Numbered from the stretch's first letter, positions 1 to 8,683 are shown. The stretch is 64,000 nt of DNA from Planctomycetota bacterium (GCA_965222115.1 CBDCTJ010000007.1:2272001-2336000), one strand, 5' to 3'. Numbers and translations: made by a program. The notes: generated by a model from the letters alone, not told the origin.

Positions 1-1
1 A

Positions 2-547
2 TTTGCGCTTTCTTCGACCCAGCCCACGCCTGTGACCAAGGCGCGGCAATTGACCTACCTCGGCGATGGTGGCAGCGCAGCCGACAAACTTGTAGCGCGA
101 TATGTGGCGCGCAATCCGAGCAAGCCGTGGGGGAGTTTCTATACGTTGCGGGCCCACGAGTTTGGTCACATTGCCGACTTGCGTGCGCACTACCCACTCT
201 TGGAAAAGTTGCCGGCCAATCTCGCGTTGTTCTTTCGCCACGGCGCAAGTCCCGTCGCCATTGAACGCGCACTGGAGCGACGCGCGCAATTGGGTGCCGT
301 CATCGACGCGCCCGATCCGGATCTGGCGGTTGCCGAGATGTTGCAGGGCCTTCCCTTGACGGAGGATGAACCTGAAGTCCATGCGGGCGGCTACGCGGAC
401 GGGCTGGCCGACATGGTGCGCTACATCGCTGCGCACCCGCGCGAATTCCCCCAGATTGATCGTCGGGCGCGAATCGTTGACCAGTTGCCAAAGCTCAGCA
501 ACGCCGAGCTACAGCGTGTGGCGCGATGCGTGATTGGGCGCCGCTAA
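2..547 (+). CDS. C-terminal part of a hypothetical protein with an HEXXH motif (possible zinc metallopeptidase); 5'-truncated by the window edge
   Basis: Frame is open from base 2 to TAA at 545-547 and contains HEFGH. Confidence 0.55.
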   Translation, partial: FALSSTQPTPVTKARQLTYLGDGGSAADKLVARYVARNPSKPWGSFYTLRAHEFGHIADLRAHYPLLEKLPANLALFFRHGASPVAIERALERRAQLGAVIDAPDPDLAVAEMLQGLPLTEDEPEVHAGGYADGLADMVRYIAAHPREFPQIDRRARIVDQLPKLSNAELQRVARCVIGRR

Positions 548-643
548 CCGCCCGACGCGACTCGACTCAGAGCCCCAAATATGCGCATGTAGAGCGTTAT
601 GACAATAGGTTGCAATCGCGGCGCGGGGAATGACGATGCGGCC

Positions 644-1264
644 ATGAGTAAGTCAAAAGTCCACGTGGGCAGCGCGGTGCCCGATTTCGAAATTCCTGTC
701 TACGACCCCAAGACCGGCGACTTCGGCACGTACTCGCTGGCGCAGGCCAAGGCCGACGGTCGCTGGACGATTCTCTTCTTCTACCCCGCCGACTTTACCT
801 TTGTCTGAGCGACCGAGTTTTCTGCTCTGGCAGAGCAGCAAGATCGTTTCGATAAACTCGGCGCCAACTTGGTCACCGTCAGTTGTGACACAAAGTTCAC
901 GCACCTGGCGTGGCGCACGGTAGAAGGCGAGCTGAGCAAGGTCAACTACATGATGGGCTCCGATCCCACCGGCAGGTTGGCTCGCAAGTTTGGCGTGTAC
1001 ATCAATAACGAAGGCATTCCCCTTCGCGGCACGTTCCTCATTTCGCCCGAAGGCACGTTGATGTTCTCCGAGGTCAACTTCTTGAACGTCGGCCGCAACG
1101 TAGACGAGCTAATGCGCAAGTTCAAAGCCAACATCTACGTGAGTAAGAAACCCGCTGAAGCTTGCCCCTCCACGTGGAAAGATGAAGGCGATGTCACCTT
1201 GTCGCCTTCCGCACGCATGGTTGGCAAAGTCAGCGAAGCGCTCAAGTCGGGTGGCAAGATGTAG
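644..1264 (+). CDS. prxU: Selenocysteine-containing peroxiredoxin (AhpC/Prx1 type, PrxU)
   Basis: ORFs 599-808 and 869-1264 are in the same frame and join through TGA 806-808, giving FFYPADFTFV-U-ATE at the peroxidatic Cys position. It also has LRGTFLISPEG, GRNVDE and a resolving-Cys motif EACPSTW. Confidence 0.93.
822..838 (+). promoter_or_regulatory. Bacterial SECIS-like hairpin of prxU
   Basis: CTGCTCT-GGC-AGAGCAG is a perfect 7-bp stem with a G-first loop, starting 13 nt after the TGA. Confidence 0.75.
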
Positions 1265-1295
1265 CACACGATTAGCAATTGTTGAATTCGCGATC

Positions 1296-1328
1296 GGGCT
1301 CTCACTGTTGCGGTGGGGGCCCGTTTTT
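1296..1328 (+). terminator. Rho-independent terminator after prxU
   Basis: GGGCTCTCACTG-TTG-CGGTGGGGGCCC hairpin followed by GTTTTT. Confidence 0.75.
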
Positions 1329-1347
1329 ATCGAAGTCGAATGCTTGT

Positions 1348-1389
1348 ACCCGTCACCCGTCACCCGTCACCCGTTACCCGAGTCCCGTG
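1348..1389 (+). repeat. (CCCGTYA)n heptamer tandem repeat
   Basis: CCCGTCACCCGTCACCCGTCACCCGTTACCCG. The same unit occurs at ~2450, 3149, 3918, 8684, 43441, 44218 and 45478. Confidence 0.85.
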
Positions 1390-1502
1390 AGCCTCCTCAC
1401 CCTGAGTGGACATCTCCCTAAATCCAGCTGTAGCTCTTTGCTTGTGACTGCGAATGAAATGCAGCACACGGCGTGTGCGCTGGTGATCGGTCGCTACGAA
1501 AC

Positions 1503-1529
1503 GTGCGGATTTTGCCCATACACCGTATC
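1503..1529 (+). repeat. 27-bp dispersed motif (consensus GTGTGGATTTTGCCCGTACACCGTATC), copy 1 of 11
   Basis: Other copies on + are at 4529, 5412, 8032, 9138, 10777, 12303 and 35371. Copies on - are at 26905, 27648 and 27707. Confidence 0.85.
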
Positions 1530-1556
1530 CCCAAGACCGGCCTGGTGTCCCGCGAG

Positions 1557-2306
1557 CTAGAAATCCACCGTCACGCCGACTCGTAGCGTTGCGTCGCCGT
1601 GGGTGCGCCGCAACGAAACATTGGGACGTACGCGGGTTCGAAGCCAGCGGTCGTGTTCCAGCTCGCCAAAGAACGTGCCGAAGAAGTTGCCTGCACCCCA
1701 GCCCACAAGCACATCCGAGGGGTAGTGCTTTCTGGCTGAGACTCTCAAGGCTCCCGTCGCGACCGGTAGAAGTGTTAGCGCACCATCGAGCCACGGGCGC
1801 ACGTCGCGCCGAACACGAGAACGTTTCAGTGCGTATCGAAGGGACGCGGCGCTCCACGCTGTGTGCGACGTGTGGCCGGAGTAAAAACTCAGGTGGTTCT
1901 CTCCATTTGGACGTCGTCGATGCCACAACGCCTTGAAGGGTCGATTGAGCGCCTCGTTTGCCACGCCTGTCGATACGGTGCCCACGAAGGGATCCCACGA
2001 TTGGTACCGCGCACTCTCAACGCCGGAAACGGTCAACGCTCCTAGAACCGATCCACGCAGCAACGCGTCGCTGGCCCGCTCGGCAGCGTCGGTATCACCG
2101 TCGGCAAACTCATCGGAGATATCGTGATCCAAGTCGGCTGCATCGATCGCGATCCCCGCGACAATCGGCGCCCAGGTTCGCCAGTCGGTCGCTGCCGTCT
2201 GCAGTGCTTTCGAGTGTGTCGGCGTCCACCCAGTCGATGAGCACCCGCCCAGCAACAACGCTGACCAGCCGACCCACCACACCATTCGCGTTCGCCCGTC
2301 AGGCAT
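1557..2306 (-). CDS. PAP2-family phosphatase, probable lipoprotein
   Basis: PAP2 motifs K-x6-RP (KALWHRRRP), SFYSGH and R-x5-H-x3-D (RVSARKHYPSD), plus a lipobox-like LLGGC. Confidence 0.85.
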   Translation of the reverse strand: MPDGRTRMVWWVGWSALLLGGCSSTGWTPTHSKALQTAATDWRTWAPIVAGIAIDAADLDHDISDEFADGDTDAAERASDALLRGSVLGALTVSGVESARYQSWDPFVGTVSTGVANEALNRPFKALWHRRRPNGENHLSFYSGHTSHTAWSAASLRYALKRSRVRRDVRPWLDGALTLLPVATGALRVSARKHYPSDVLVGWGAGNFFGTFFGELEHDRWLRTRVRPNVSLRRTHGDATLRVGVTVDF

Positions 2307-2448
2307 GTTGGTATCTCGCCTCCCAACGCGCAGTGTACGAGTAAGCTACTGCGGCAGGGGGCCGTTGGCACGAATTTCGAATGCAGTGGTACAGCTTCCA
2401 TAAACAAGTAACGGGTGCAAATTTTCGTGGGTCATCCAGTAGCGCCCT

Positions 2449-2554
2449 CCCGTTCCCCGTCACCCGTCACCCGTTACCCGTACCCCGAAACCCGTTACCC
2501 GGTCTCAAGGTAGATCGCTCGATGAGCGATGCGTTCGGCGCTTAAGACGTGGAC
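2449..2554 (+). repeat. Composite unit of heptamer array + CTCAAGG core + single GTGGAC, overlapping the stop of the four-helix-bundle gene
   Basis: CCCGTCACCCGTCACCCGTTACCCG...CTCAAGG...CTTAAGACGTGGAC, homologous to 3149-3325 and 8684-8756. Confidence 0.75.
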
Positions 2555-2931
2555 GGCCAAGGCTCGTCGAATCTTCGTTGAAGCACGAACAACATGGCGG
2601 CGGATCGCTCAAGGGTGCTCATGACGGCGGAGATTGCGGCCTCGCTGGCGAGTCCGAGTAGTAGCGCGTGATGTAGAGCTGCGATGGCCTCGGTGCATTC
2701 GGCGTGTGCGATGTCGTACGCTTTGCGCTTCTCGGCTGGCCGCCGCTTCGCCAAGCCCTCTGCGACATTGAGTGCCACGCTGGTACTTGCGCGCCTGAGT
2801 TGGTCGGCAAGTTTTGCGTGGCCACGAGGCCATGCGGCGCACAGGGCGTTGCATCCAAGCGCGGCAGCTTGCGAAGCACGGTAGACATCGAAGCGTTTTA
2901 GGTATTCGAGCGTAGAAGACGCGCTTGTCAT
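2542..2931 (-). CDS. Four helix bundle protein (23S rRNA-IVP / bAvd-like family), copy A
   Basis: FDVY...LADQLRRASTSVALNVAEG...AYDIAHAECTE family signature. GGAG SD precedes ATG 2931. Confidence 0.85.
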   Translation of the reverse strand: MTSASSTLEYLKRFDVYRASQAAALGCNALCAAWPRGHAKLADQLRRASTSVALNVAEGLAKRRPAEKRKAYDIAHAECTEAIAALHHALLLGLASEAAISAVMSTLERSAAMLFVLQRRFDEPWPSTS

Positions 2932-2932
2932 G

Positions 2933-3082
2933 ATGGAACTCCAGCGTGAAGGGATCGCAAGCCGCTTGCTCGCGTGTGCCCCTCGTTGAAAGAGCCGAAG
3001 GCGAAGGAGGGCACACGCGAGGGGGTCGTACAAACAAGGCCCCGCGTGATAGCGACAACCCGTTCTCATGCTGGAGTTCCAT
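2933..3082 (-). other. Structured 5' leader of four-helix-bundle copy A
   Basis: A 17-bp inverted repeat (2933-2949/3066-3082, 1 mismatch) covers the SD and encloses a perfect 13-bp hairpin stem (2969-2981/3009-3021). Confidence 0.65.
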
Positions 3083-3217
3083 TACAAGCGGTGCCCGCGC
3101 GTACCGAACGCGCTGGTGCAACCGGCGGTGCTGTCCAAGGCCCTACCACCCGTTACCCGTCACCCGTTACCCGAACTCAAGGGTGATCATCCGAAGATCG
3201 ATTCGCGCCGCCTTAAC

Positions 3218-3325
3218 GTGGACGTGGACGTGGACGTGGACGTGGACGTGGACGTGGACGTGGACGTGGACGTGGACGTGGACGTGGACGTGGACGTGGA
3301 CGTGGACGTGGACGTGGACGTGGAC
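3218..3325 (+). repeat. (GTGGAC)18 perfect tandem repeat, preceded by heptamers + core (3149-3217)
   Basis: Read directly from the sequence. Confidence 0.95.
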
Positions 3326-3376
3326 GCGAATGGCAAGAACGCGCTAGTCGCATGCGTGCGACATTGGTAAGGTACC

Positions 3377-3532
3377 GAACTGATCGCTGTGTGACGTGAT
3401 TGCTCACTGGCAACACCCGCTTGGGAAGTGCTACGTGCATGCCCCTATTCGCCACAAGGGCGAGGGCACGCACTCGCATTCCCGCGGGTGTTTCCTCGTG
3501 GAGATTCTCGTATGTCACACAGCAATCAGTTC
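3377..3532 (+). other. Structured 5' leader of four-helix-bundle copy B
   Basis: 3377-3397 is complementary to 3512-3532 (ATG + first codons). An inner long hairpin spans 3412-3492 (AACACCCGC...GCGGGTGTT). Confidence 0.7.
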
Positions 3533-3898
3533 TCGGTTACTTCCACCGCGGGTCGGCTTGAACGATTCGACGTGTATCGAATCGCACGGCGTGCCGCGGC
3601 TAGCACTCACAAACTCTGTGGATCGCTGCCTCGAGGCAACGCGGAGCTTGCAAGCCAAGCTCGACGAGCCTCGACAGCCGTCGTCCTTAACATTGCCGAG
3701 GGCATTGGACGTGCCGGGGCAGGCGCAAAGCACCGTTCGTTCTCCATCGCTCGCGGCGAATGTGTCGAGGCGTCGGCGGCGCTCGACCTCATGCAGGCGA
3801 TGGACATCCTCGCGAATGCGAGCGCTGCTCCAACGCTTCGCGACCTAGATCGCGCCCGCGCAATGTTGAATGCGCTCATTCGTCGCTGGAGGGAATGA
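3512..3898 (+). CDS. Four helix bundle protein (23S rRNA-IVP / bAvd-like family), copy B
   Basis: RFDVYRIA...LASQARRASTAVVLNIAEG...FSIARGECVE, with a GGAG SD. Confidence 0.88.
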   Translation: MSHSNQFSVTSTAGRLERFDVYRIARRAAASTHKLCGSLPRGNAELASQARRASTAVVLNIAEGIGRAGAGAKHRSFSIARGECVEASAALDLMQAMDILANASAAPTLRDLDRARAMLNALIRRWRE

Positions 3899-3917
3899 GG
3901 GGTGCGCATTCCAGGTT

Positions 3918-4555
3918 CCCGTCACCCGTTACCCGTAACCCTCATTCAAGGGCGGGCATCCAATGAATGATGCGCGCCGCCTTAACGTGGACGTGGACGT
4001 GGACGTGGACGTCGAGAGCAAATGGCTTTGCCATTTGCACGAGACCCTGAGTAAGCACCAGCGGATCTTTGATCCGCGCAGTGCGCATCGAAGGGTGGAC
4101 GTGAACGATCTGAGCCTTCCCTTTGCCGACTCGCAGACGACGCTCCACGTCAACTTCAACGGCCCCGGGGGGGGGCACGGGTCAATAGCCCAGTGTGAAG
4201 CGCAAGCGCAGCGGCGCGTAACGCTGGGTTTAGACGTCCCCAAAATTGGCCACCCTGAAAGGGTGGCGGAAACCCACGAACATCTACACGCGTAATCTCG
4301 CACAGACGATTCGTGATTTTCATGGCCCCGATTAGAGACGTGTTCGTCGTAAGTGGTTTGAACCCTCTCCCCACAACGCCCTCTCCCAGAGGGAGAGGGG
4401 GGCTTTGACTTGGGAAAGACTGTGAGGCTAAGAGTTTGCGGCTCCCGTTGTCTTTTGGATTGCCTCAGCTGCGAACGAAACGCTGCGGACGGCGTGCGCG
4501 CTGGTGACTGAGCGCTGCTCCATGAAACGTGTGGATTTTGCCCGTACGCCGTATC
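3918..4555 (+). repeat. Full-length modular composite repeat: heptamers, core, (GTGGAC)4, CCCTGAGT..TCGAAGGG hairpin, REP-like 46-bp core, CCCTCTCCC..GGGAGAGGG hairpin, 27-bp motif
   Basis: Colinear with 8684-9164 and 12060-12329, and inverted at 27300-28190. Confidence 0.85.
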
Positions 4556-4658
4556 TCGATACCTCCCCCAAAGCCCCATATTTCGGGATGCATCCAATGT
4601 CGCCCTGGAATGTGTCAAAAACTGATACAAAATCGCTCTCCAGTGAGATACTGAAGAA

Positions 4659-5003
4659 ATGGCCCACCGCGAATCAAGAAATGTCTCGTTGGCTCCGGCC
4701 CAAGATCAATTCGTAAAGGCGATGGTGGATGGGGGCCGCTTTCGTACCGCCAGTGAAGTTGTGCGCGAGGCGCTGCGTCTATTGGAAGAGCGGGAGCATC
4801 GCCGCTTGCTTGAGAAGTGGATCTACGAAGGCCTCACAACCAATGAAGAGGCGCGACTACCCGAAGCAATTAAGAAGCGCGCTCGTGAGCACTTCGAGGG
4901 CCTCTTGTCCGCGCCGCTCGCAGATGTTGAGTACGGCAACGTTGCCGAAGGTGCGTCCGCCATGGCAAAGCTACGATCCGAACTCGAATCGCAGTCGGAC
5001 TGA
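4659..5003 (+). CDS. Type II antitoxin, ParD family (ribbon-helix-helix)
   Basis: NVSL...FVKAMVDGGRFRTASEVVREALRLLEERE signature. Confidence 0.88.
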   Translation: MAHRESRNVSLAPAQDQFVKAMVDGGRFRTASEVVREALRLLEEREHRRLLEKWIYEGLTTNEEARLPEAIKKRAREHFEGLLSAPLADVEYGNVAEGASAMAKLRSELESQSD

Positions 5004-5308
5004 GTTTCACGAGCTATCAACTAACCACCACAGCGGAAGAAGATCTACGCGTTGCTCTACAGTTTGTTGCCAAGCGAGACGGAGTCGACCGGGCACTCCG
5101 CGTGCACAACCGATTCCTCGAGACGTTTAGCGCCATCGCAGAAATGCCACGCATCGGGTACGTGCGACCGGGCTTGACAGGGAATCGCTTTCGTTGGTAC
5201 ACCGTATTCAAGTGGGTTGTGATCTACGACCCCGTGGGTTCACCCATCACGATTCTCCGAGTCTTGCACAGCGCTCAAGAACTAGACCGCATACTTGATG
5301 AAGACTAG
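5000..5308 (+). CDS. Type II toxin, RelE/ParE family (probable CTG start)
   Basis: SYQLTTTAEEDL...AEMPRIGYVRPGL...VVIYDP...ILRVLHSAQEL. The only start-like codon upstream of the N-terminal motif is CTG 5000, which overlaps the ParD TGA. Confidence 0.82.
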   Translation: MSFTSYQLTTTAEEDLRVALQFVAKRDGVDRALRVHNRFLETFSAIAEMPRIGYVRPGLTGNRFRWYTVFKWVVIYDPVGSPITILRVLHSAQELDRILDED

Positions 5309-5448
5309 ATGCAAGTGTGAGCTTTCTTGTCCCTGGTGGACACTCGACAATTATTCGCAAGTCAACGTCCGCGACGTTACTCGAATCGATCGCCGAACTT
5401 CTTCGCGAAACGTGTGGATTTTGCCCGTACACCGTATTCTCCATTCCC

Positions 5449-7851
5449 ATGAAGATCAATCGGACGCTTCGCGTGGCCATAGCCCTATTGTTTCTCGGGG
5501 CGTTGGGTTTCAGCTCGGCACATGGCAAAGACGTCGAAGTTTCAAAAGCCTGGGAACGCAACTGGAAACAGATTGAGCGTCATGACGTGCTTGAACTGGG
5601 CGGCATGAACACCAAGAAGGCCGCGCTTCGGGCGCTTCCGTTTTGGCTGGGGCAAACGGGGCTCATCGCACGCATGGATCGCGAGAAGCTTCGCTATGTC
5701 GTCACGGGCGTGACGAAGGGTTCACCGTCCGATGGGCTCATCAAAGAGGGCGATGTACTTGTGGGTGCAAATGGGAAGGCATTCGCGCGTCCAGAGAGTT
5801 ATCCCGAGTTCGTGGGTCCGCAAGTGGCACTCGGCAATGCGATGCTTGAGAGCTGGGGCAAGCACCAAGGGCAGTTCAAGCTCGACGTTGTGCGTGACGG
5901 CAAGCAGAAAGCCATCACCCTCACGCTTCCGGGTCGTGGCATGTTTGGGGCATCGTTTCCAGAAAAGGACGCGCTCGCCGACGCCATGATTTCGGCAGGC
6001 TGTTCGTTGCTTGTCGCTCGGCAGCTTCCGAGTGGTGCCTGGAGTACAGGCAAGAAGAAGGGTCGGAAGGCGCCCTCGTTCCACACAACATCCCTTGCGA
6101 CCCTCGCGCTTATGGCATCCGATGAGAAGCGTTGGCGTTCGGCGATTAAGCGTGCGGCGCACTGGCTGCGCGATCGCCCGCCGGCCAAACACTTTCTCTC
6201 ATGGCACTATCCCTACCTCGCCATTGTGTTGGGGGAGTACTACCTCCTGACCAAAGACAGCTCGGTGAAGCCGGTGTTTCAACGAGCCGCCGACCTCATG
6301 GTGGAAGGTCAGTTTGACTATTACGGCTCCGGACATTCGTCGTATACCGGCAACTATCGTGGCAATGGGATTTCTGTGTGTACGACTCACGTGCTGCTCG
6401 GATTGGCCTATGCCAAGCGGTGTGGCGCCAAGGTGCCCAGCGAAGTCTTGGGCAACACGATGGATCACATTGAACGCATCAGCCCGCACGGCGGCGTGCC
6501 TTACGTCATTTGGGGACGCACCGAGAAGGCCTTGAAGGAGCCGCCAACCACACCCAACAAGCGCAACGAACACGCCACGCGAACAGGAACGGCACTCATT
6601 GCGTTTCGAATGCTTGATGGTCATCCGGCCCATCAAAAGCGCATGAGTGACTTCCTCGCGCGCAATAGCGACTACATGGACAACGGCCATGCCACCGCCA
6701 ACACCCTCAGTTGGTTGTGGGGCTCTTGGGGGTTGGCGTGTGGCGATTCCAAAGGATTCGCCGATCACATGCGGCGGCGCGCGTGGTGGATTGCACTCAA
6801 GTGGCGACACGACGCGGGCACCATGTCGCAGCCCGCCGAGTGCGTGAACTTTCGCGGTTCCGATCATGCGCTCGGGCCCCACGCCGATGTTGCGTGTCAA
6901 GTCGCAGTGTTGGCCGCACCGCGTCGCACATTGCTCGCCACGGGTCGTGCGGATCGCAGCACCACAAGCGCGTCGGCTGATTCCAAGCGTCGCCTTGTTT
7001 CGCTCGCGCGTTGGGACCATCACCACGGACGGTTGCGTCGCCTTGATCTCATTCCTGCACTGATCAAGAAGAAGGTGCCATTGCTTGCGGACGTTCGAAA
7101 CGATCTTGCCGCATTAGATCCCGATAAGCCAAGTGAGTGGTCCAGGGGATACGAAAAGGTGGCCAAGCGGCTTCCGAAGTTGTGTCGTCAATTGCAGGCC
7201 GCTGCCAAGAACGAATATGACAAGCGCGCATGCGTTCTGCTCGCCACCGCGATTCGACCGAGCATCGACGTCAAACTCACACCCAAAGGCCTCCGCGTGC
7301 GCGGTCGCGTTGAGCAGATTCCCTTCGGCAGTGTGTCACTGCGACTCGTGTTTGATACAGGCGGGAAGGGCCGCGCTTCGGTTCGCAAGCTCCCCGCCAA
7401 CATCGAGGGCAATGCGAAAGGCGGACCGCTTGACCGGGCCAAGCACGAAGCGTTTAGGACCGTTCTCAAGCTCAAGGGCAAGGCGCCTACGCTGATCGAT
7501 TTGCCGGCGACATGTCATATGGAGTGGCAGGGTGTGACGCTCGCGTTTCCGGTGCGCATTCAACACGGAACCAACCCGCATCGCTTCGCCTTCGCCCATC
7601 GCCAACCCCTCATTCGCGTGCCGCTCAAGATCACGCAGTGGGGCAACGAGGGTGTGTTGCTCAGTGGCGGTCTTCGTGACCGTTTGACTTTGAGCTGCAA
7701 TCAAGTCGGCGCGCTCGATGGTGGCGCCTGGCGACTTCTCAAGCGCGAAGAACGCACCAAGAAGTTCCCGCCAAATTCAAAGGTCTGGTGTTCGCTCTAC
7801 GACTTGGGATTTCATCGTCCGTTTGTGCACCAGGTGCAGGCGTGGAAGTAG
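5449..7851 (+). CDS. Secreted PDZ + alpha/alpha-barrel protein (DUF6288-like)
   Basis: Signal peptide MKINR..SSAHG, PDZ-like segment LGQTG...VTKGSPSDGLIKEGDVLVGANG, and prenyltransferase-like repeats QLPSGAW and WHYPYLAIVLGEYYLLTKD. Confidence 0.7.
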   Translation: MKINRTLRVAIALLFLGALGFSSAHGKDVEVSKAWERNWKQIERHDVLELGGMNTKKAALRALPFWLGQTGLIARMDREKLRYVVTGVTKGSPSDGLIKEGDVLVGANGKAFARPESYPEFVGPQVALGNAMLESWGKHQGQFKLDVVRDGKQKAITLTLPGRGMFGASFPEKDALADAMISAGCSLLVARQLPSGAWSTGKKKGRKAPSFHTTSLATLALMASDEKRWRSAIKRAAHWLRDRPPAKHFLSWHYPYLAIVLGEYYLLTKDSSVKPVFQRAADLMVEGQFDYYGSGHSSYTGNYRGNGISVCTTHVLLGLAYAKRCGAKVPSEVLGNTMDHIERISPHGGVPYVIWGRTEKALKEPPTTPNKRNEHATRTGTALIAFRMLDGHPAHQKRMSDFLARNSDYMDNGHATANTLSWLWGSWGLACGDSKGFADHMRRRAWWIALKWRHDAGTMSQPAECVNFRGSDHALGPHADVACQVAVLAAPRRTLLATGRADRSTTSASADSKRRLVSLARWDHHHGRLRRLDLIPALIKKKVPLLADVRNDLAALDPDKPSEWSRGYEKVAKRLPKLCRQLQAAAKNEYDKRACVLLATAIRPSIDVKLTPKGLRVRGRVEQIPFGSVSLRLVFDTGGKGRASVRKLPANIEGNAKGGPLDRAKHEAFRTVLKLKGKAPTLIDLPATCHMEWQGVTLAFPVRIQHGTNPHRFAFAHRQPLIRVPLKITQWGNEGVLLSGGLRDRLTLSCNQVGALDGGAWRLLKREERTKKFPPNSKVWCSLYDLGFHRPFVHQVQAWK

Positions 7852-8101
7852 GGGCTACCTCGCGGGTACTCCCGCGGCATTCTCGAAGTTGGCCGCATGG
7901 GCTCACGGTCAACACTTAAATCGAGCTTCCTCGCGCATAGCGGGCGCCTTTCTGTACTTCGTTGAGCATCCTGCGTGTGACTGCAAGCAATGCGTTACAC
8001 GCGCCGGAGATCGGGCACTACGTCATGAAAAGTGTGGAATTTGTCCGTACACCGTATCTCTCCAAGTGGATCGCAGATCCACGTAGTGCGCACCGAAGGA
8101 C

Positions 8102-8605
8102 CTATTTACGGTTCGCGTCAAATCGACTGAACGCAAAGGCCTCAATTCGCCCTGCAAGCTCGGGCCGTCCGACTAGAACAACAATCCCTGGTACGTTGCT
8201 AACGTCCTGAAGCTCAGGATCAATCGCGCAGTCACGGAAGAACTCAAGCGCTTCTTCCAGGCTCTCGTCTGCATGCCACGTTGTCATCGTAAAACTTGGG
8301 CCCTGAGTCTCTCTAGTCTCACGCTCAACAAGAGTTTCATCCATAAGGTCGTGAAGCAGCTCGCAGTTTGGTCCCCATGTACAGAAGTATGCGAGTCCCT
8401 GCTCGATTGCCCGATCAGCGAACGAATTCCAAACTCGACATGCGTCTTCCGCAACGTCACGCCCGTCCATCACCATGAACAAGCTGAAGCGACGCCCTTC
8501 AATTGGCAAGTCCGTGGGCCAGTCGCAAAGGTCATCGAGCATAAGCAGCATGTACGGTCGACCCGTTGTACTTGAAGCGCTTGTGAGTTGTCGCTGGACC
8601 ATCAT
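8102..8605 (-). CDS. Conserved hypothetical protein
   Basis: Protein-like acidic ORF (YFCTWGPNCELLHDLMD, TMTTWHADESLEEALEFF). The longer ORF start runs through repeat DNA, so the start is trimmed to ATG 8605. Confidence 0.65.
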   Translation of the reverse strand: MMVQRQLTSASSTTGRPYMLLMLDDLCDWPTDLPIEGRRFSLFMVMDGRDVAEDACRVWNSFADRAIEQGLAYFCTWGPNCELLHDLMDETLVERETRETQGPSFTMTTWHADESLEEALEFFRDCAIDPELQDVSNVPGIVVLVGRPELAGRIEAFAFSRFDANRK

Positions 8606-8683
8606 GCTGGGCAGTGTAGCTAGAGTCGTGGCGTAGGGATCGCAAAGAAGTGCCGGGGTCGAGTTTGTGGTCTTGCGTGACTG

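Noticed and set aside
599-1264. Peroxiredoxin pseudogene or two separate ORFs
   Set aside because: The stop is TGA at the catalytic Cys position with a SECIS-like hairpin, so selenocysteine explains it better.
3218-3325. (GTGGAC)n and heptamer arrays as CRISPR
   Set aside because: There are no unique spacers and no cas genes.
2946-3518. ORFs with poly-TW, poly-VD or poly-RP tracts (also 43455-44546)
   Set aside because: These are translations of the stop-free (GTGGAC)n arrays, with no SD or protein-like context.
2542-3898. Diversity-generating retroelement or retron
   Set aside because: There is no reverse transcriptase in the window, and the differences between gene copies B and C are not adenine-specific as in a TR/VR pair.
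3929-4630. 233-aa ORF and similar ORFs at 8743-9311, 12026-12415 and 27376-28230
   Set aside because: They lie wholly within the composite repeat, and reading frames are not conserved between copies.
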